Origin: Octopus vulgaris
Taxonomy: Eukaryota
NCBI GenBank assembly: GCA_951406725.2
Contig: OX597835.1
Location: 1,550,001 to 1,614,000, forward strand
DNA: 64,000 bases
Direction: 5' to 3'
This document shows positions 61,317-64,000 of the stretch, one piece after another. The notes under the pieces are model-generated. The model was given only the letters and a program-made list of their open reading frames with translations. It made no database searches and was not told where the DNA came from. Made by a program: the position numbers and the translations under genes. Position 1 is the first letter of the stretch. The number at the start of each line of letters is the position of its first letter.

Positions 61317-63120
61317 GTAAGTAAACAAAATTTGTTTAGTTGACGCCTATAATCTGAAATGTCCATTAGATACTTTGTCCATCTTCTGAAATGTCTTGGC
61401 TGGAGTGGATAGCGGCAGTTAAATTTTGAATTCTGATACTTGTTTTTCAAATGAAACATTTTATATTTCACTATTCTTCACACTCAGTGAAAAGTAAAAT
61501 ATACATATCATTGGTTTTATCTTGTATCTGAGAATATAGTTTCTTCTTTGTTGAATGCTTCCTTTATGGTGATAACGTTGATGACTCTGTAGACCAATTC
61601 TTGCATCGAAGATTTGATGGTATTGACTGAATGGCAATGTTGGTGGGGGACGAGGTTGATTTTGTCAAGTCTTTCTCTCCTGGTAGCATGTACCATGCTT
61701 TTGCTAATTGTTTTAGGTGCCTGTATAATCACTAGCAGATGTAGACACTCTCTTATGCAAGTTATATCCATTGTCACATATATATATATCACGTGACCGA
61801 CCAGGCTATCATGTTGCTACACATCGCTGGTCACAATGCACTTTGCATTGTTTTAGCCTTCAAATGACGCCACCCTGCTGGCTAAATGACCAGGCCTACA
61901 GAAGAAAGAGTGAGAGAGTACAACAGGGATTGCCACCACCCCCTGCCGGAGCCTCGTGGAGCTTTAGGTGCTTTTGCTCCATAAACACTCACAACGCCTG
62001 GTCTGGGAATCAAAACCGCGATGCTACGACTGCGAGTCCGCTGCCCTAACCACTGGGCCATTGCACCTCCATGTAAGTTATGTAAGCCCATATTTTTCAA
62101 TAAAATCATTAACTCAATCCTAATGTTTTCTAGGGCAGCAGAGAAAGCAGGTCAGCCTTGATTGACCAGACTCCTATGATCAGAGGCATTGTACCTGTGA
62201 CCACCTGGTCTTTTCTCTCATAGCTTATCTCAGACTGTATTATTATCAAGTATGTTCACCTTTGTCTTATTTAAAAGATGGTAGGCTGTCATTGATATAT
62301 TTGCCTATTTCTAACTGATCGAATGATAAAATAGAGCCTCTTGCAATGGTTTGTATGGAAGTTAGCATTGCAGCCATGATGTGCAACAGAAAACCTGTTA
62401 ACGGGTCTTCATGGCAGATCTAGCTTTGATTTCGGTCATTATCAATCAGCTTTCTATGATTGAGTGGATTGGGTACATTTTTTGTTTATTTCCATGGCAA
62501 CAGCATCACCGAGGAGATCATCTAACTCACAAGACTAAAGAGTTCTTGGTATCTGTTTTTCTGCTGATAGCCATAAACAGTTGATTCAAAAGGGCAGAGA
62601 ACAACCAGCTGGGAGAGAATTGGTGAATCATCTGCTATCTTTGTTCTCTGCTGGTGACAAGACATTCGGCTTTCAATTTACAGTCCACATTGTATGCAGT
62701 TTGATAGTTTAGAGTGCTGACATCAAATTTGTTTATAGAATGTGTTAACACTGATAGACTGGGATTTAAATTGGCCCCCATATCTGGCCCAAATACTGTC
62801 CCTGTTTTATGTCCAAAGTAGCAAGATCTGGCCTCTCACACCCACCCTACAATGTTATTCCAAAAAGATAAAATCAAATCACTGTAATCTTGAAGCATGA
62901 TTAATTGAAAATAACGATTTCAAATTCTGGTACAAGGCCAGCAGGAGGGGGATAAAATTTCTCTGTTGAAATATGGTTTCAATGTTGTTTCAATTAATTT
63001 TGAAACTAATACTCTCTTACTCTTTTACTTGTTTTAGTCATTTGACTGCGGCCATGCTGGAGCACCGCCTTTAGTCGAGCAAATCGACCCCAGGACTTAT
63101 TCTTTGTAAGCCTAGTACTG

Positions 63121-64000
63121 AGGAATTACAACCGTGTTTCGTGGTCTGCTACCACAACAGCTCCTTTATAGGATCCAGTTAGCTCAAGACATCATCAGGA
63201 GGAACCACGTCCGGTTTTGGCCCCTACTCTTCTACCGCTTTGACGTAGCAGGGCATCCCCTTTAGGAGGTATCTTCAGCTCTGGTGTTGGGCGCATGTCT
63301 TCTTTCTTCTATTCCCTGGCCTCTTCGATGTATCGTCAGCGAGTGTCAGCCGGTGACTGACTGTCTTGTCAAATTTCTCCCTTTAAATACCTGCCGCATA
63401 GGCTCCAGCAGGCAGCCCCAACAAGTTGTCATGTGATACTGACTCACCTTAACTGACTAGTGAAGGCGCGTAGTTTTAGCCCATGCATTTTCTAAACGAC
63501 CGTCACCTGTCAGTCAGCTTGTCTCACCTAATGATGTTATTTCCCGTCTGCGTGTTTATGGCTTTCAAGCCATTTTCGGTTTTTCTGCTTCAGCCATATA
63601 TAGAAGCTGGCTTTTTCGACTGCCTCCTGTACTCTCCTTATTAGTTTACACAGCTTGGGGCTAGAAAAAACAAATCTTCTTTTGAAAAGCGTTGTCATTT
63701 TTTTTTCAATGAAGCCTCTAGCCCCCGCTGCCAGGTGATAATATTCGACATTCCATCCCTGTTCTCTGTATTCTTCGATTAGCTTTTCATACCTCTTCTC
63801 CTTTCGTTCCTCTGCATTGCCGATGTTTTCTTCCCAAGGTACTGTCAGTTCTAGTAAAATTCCCATTCTCCCGTCTCTGTTCCATAGAACTAAATCCGGT
63901 CTTTTTTGTTGTTTTTATTAGTGGAAATACTACTTGTCTTTCCAAATCCGTGGCCACCTCCCAGTATCCCTTCCATCTTTTGTCTATCTCGTATGCTTTA
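63121..64000 (-). mobile_element. Hero/NeSL-like RLE non-LTR retrotransposon 3' end (runs off right edge)
   Basis: 'RPDLVLW...ILLELTVPWEENI...RKEKRYEKL...GARGF...AVEKASFYIWLK' endonuclease motifs plus the 3'UTR. Confidence 0.8.

Noticed and set aside
62134-62150. Possible next microexon (tag|GGCAGCAGAGAAAGCAG|gtcagc) of the microexon gene
   Set aside because: The donor is weak and abuts a repeat-like sequence; it cannot be supported without transcripts.

Overview
Eukaryotic, AT-rich, repeat-dense genomic DNA. It is very probably a coleoid cephalopod (Octopus-like), inferred from the SINE and RTE-LINE families and the (TA)n/(CA)n load. Most ORFs in the six-frame track are spurious. I reconstructed four intron-containing genes by hand from GT-AG splice sites and reading phase. 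(1) An RCCD1-like RCC1-repeat gene lies on the - strand and runs off the left edge, head-to-head with (2) PSMD4/Rpn10 (+, 11 coding exons, 6857-25433, 404 aa, three UIM-like helices). (3) RNF103 (-, 3 coding exons, 42957-31024, 722 aa, RING-H2) is tail-to-tail with PSMD4. (4) An unannotated + strand gene starts at 50043 and continues beyond 61316. It is built from tiny exons, including a duplicated exon pair with two 25-nt microexons, and encodes tandem SUMO-interacting-like motifs reminiscent of an RNF4-type N-terminus. Introns and intergenic DNA hold RTE, R4/Dong-like and Hero-like LINE fragments, Helitrons (three abutting head-to-tail), mariner remnants, TTAA-type MITEs, two tRNA-like SINE families and Penelope-type hammerhead ribozyme motifs. 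Several long inverted repeats could form dsRNA in pre-mRNA. All calls come from reading the sequence; no searches were run.
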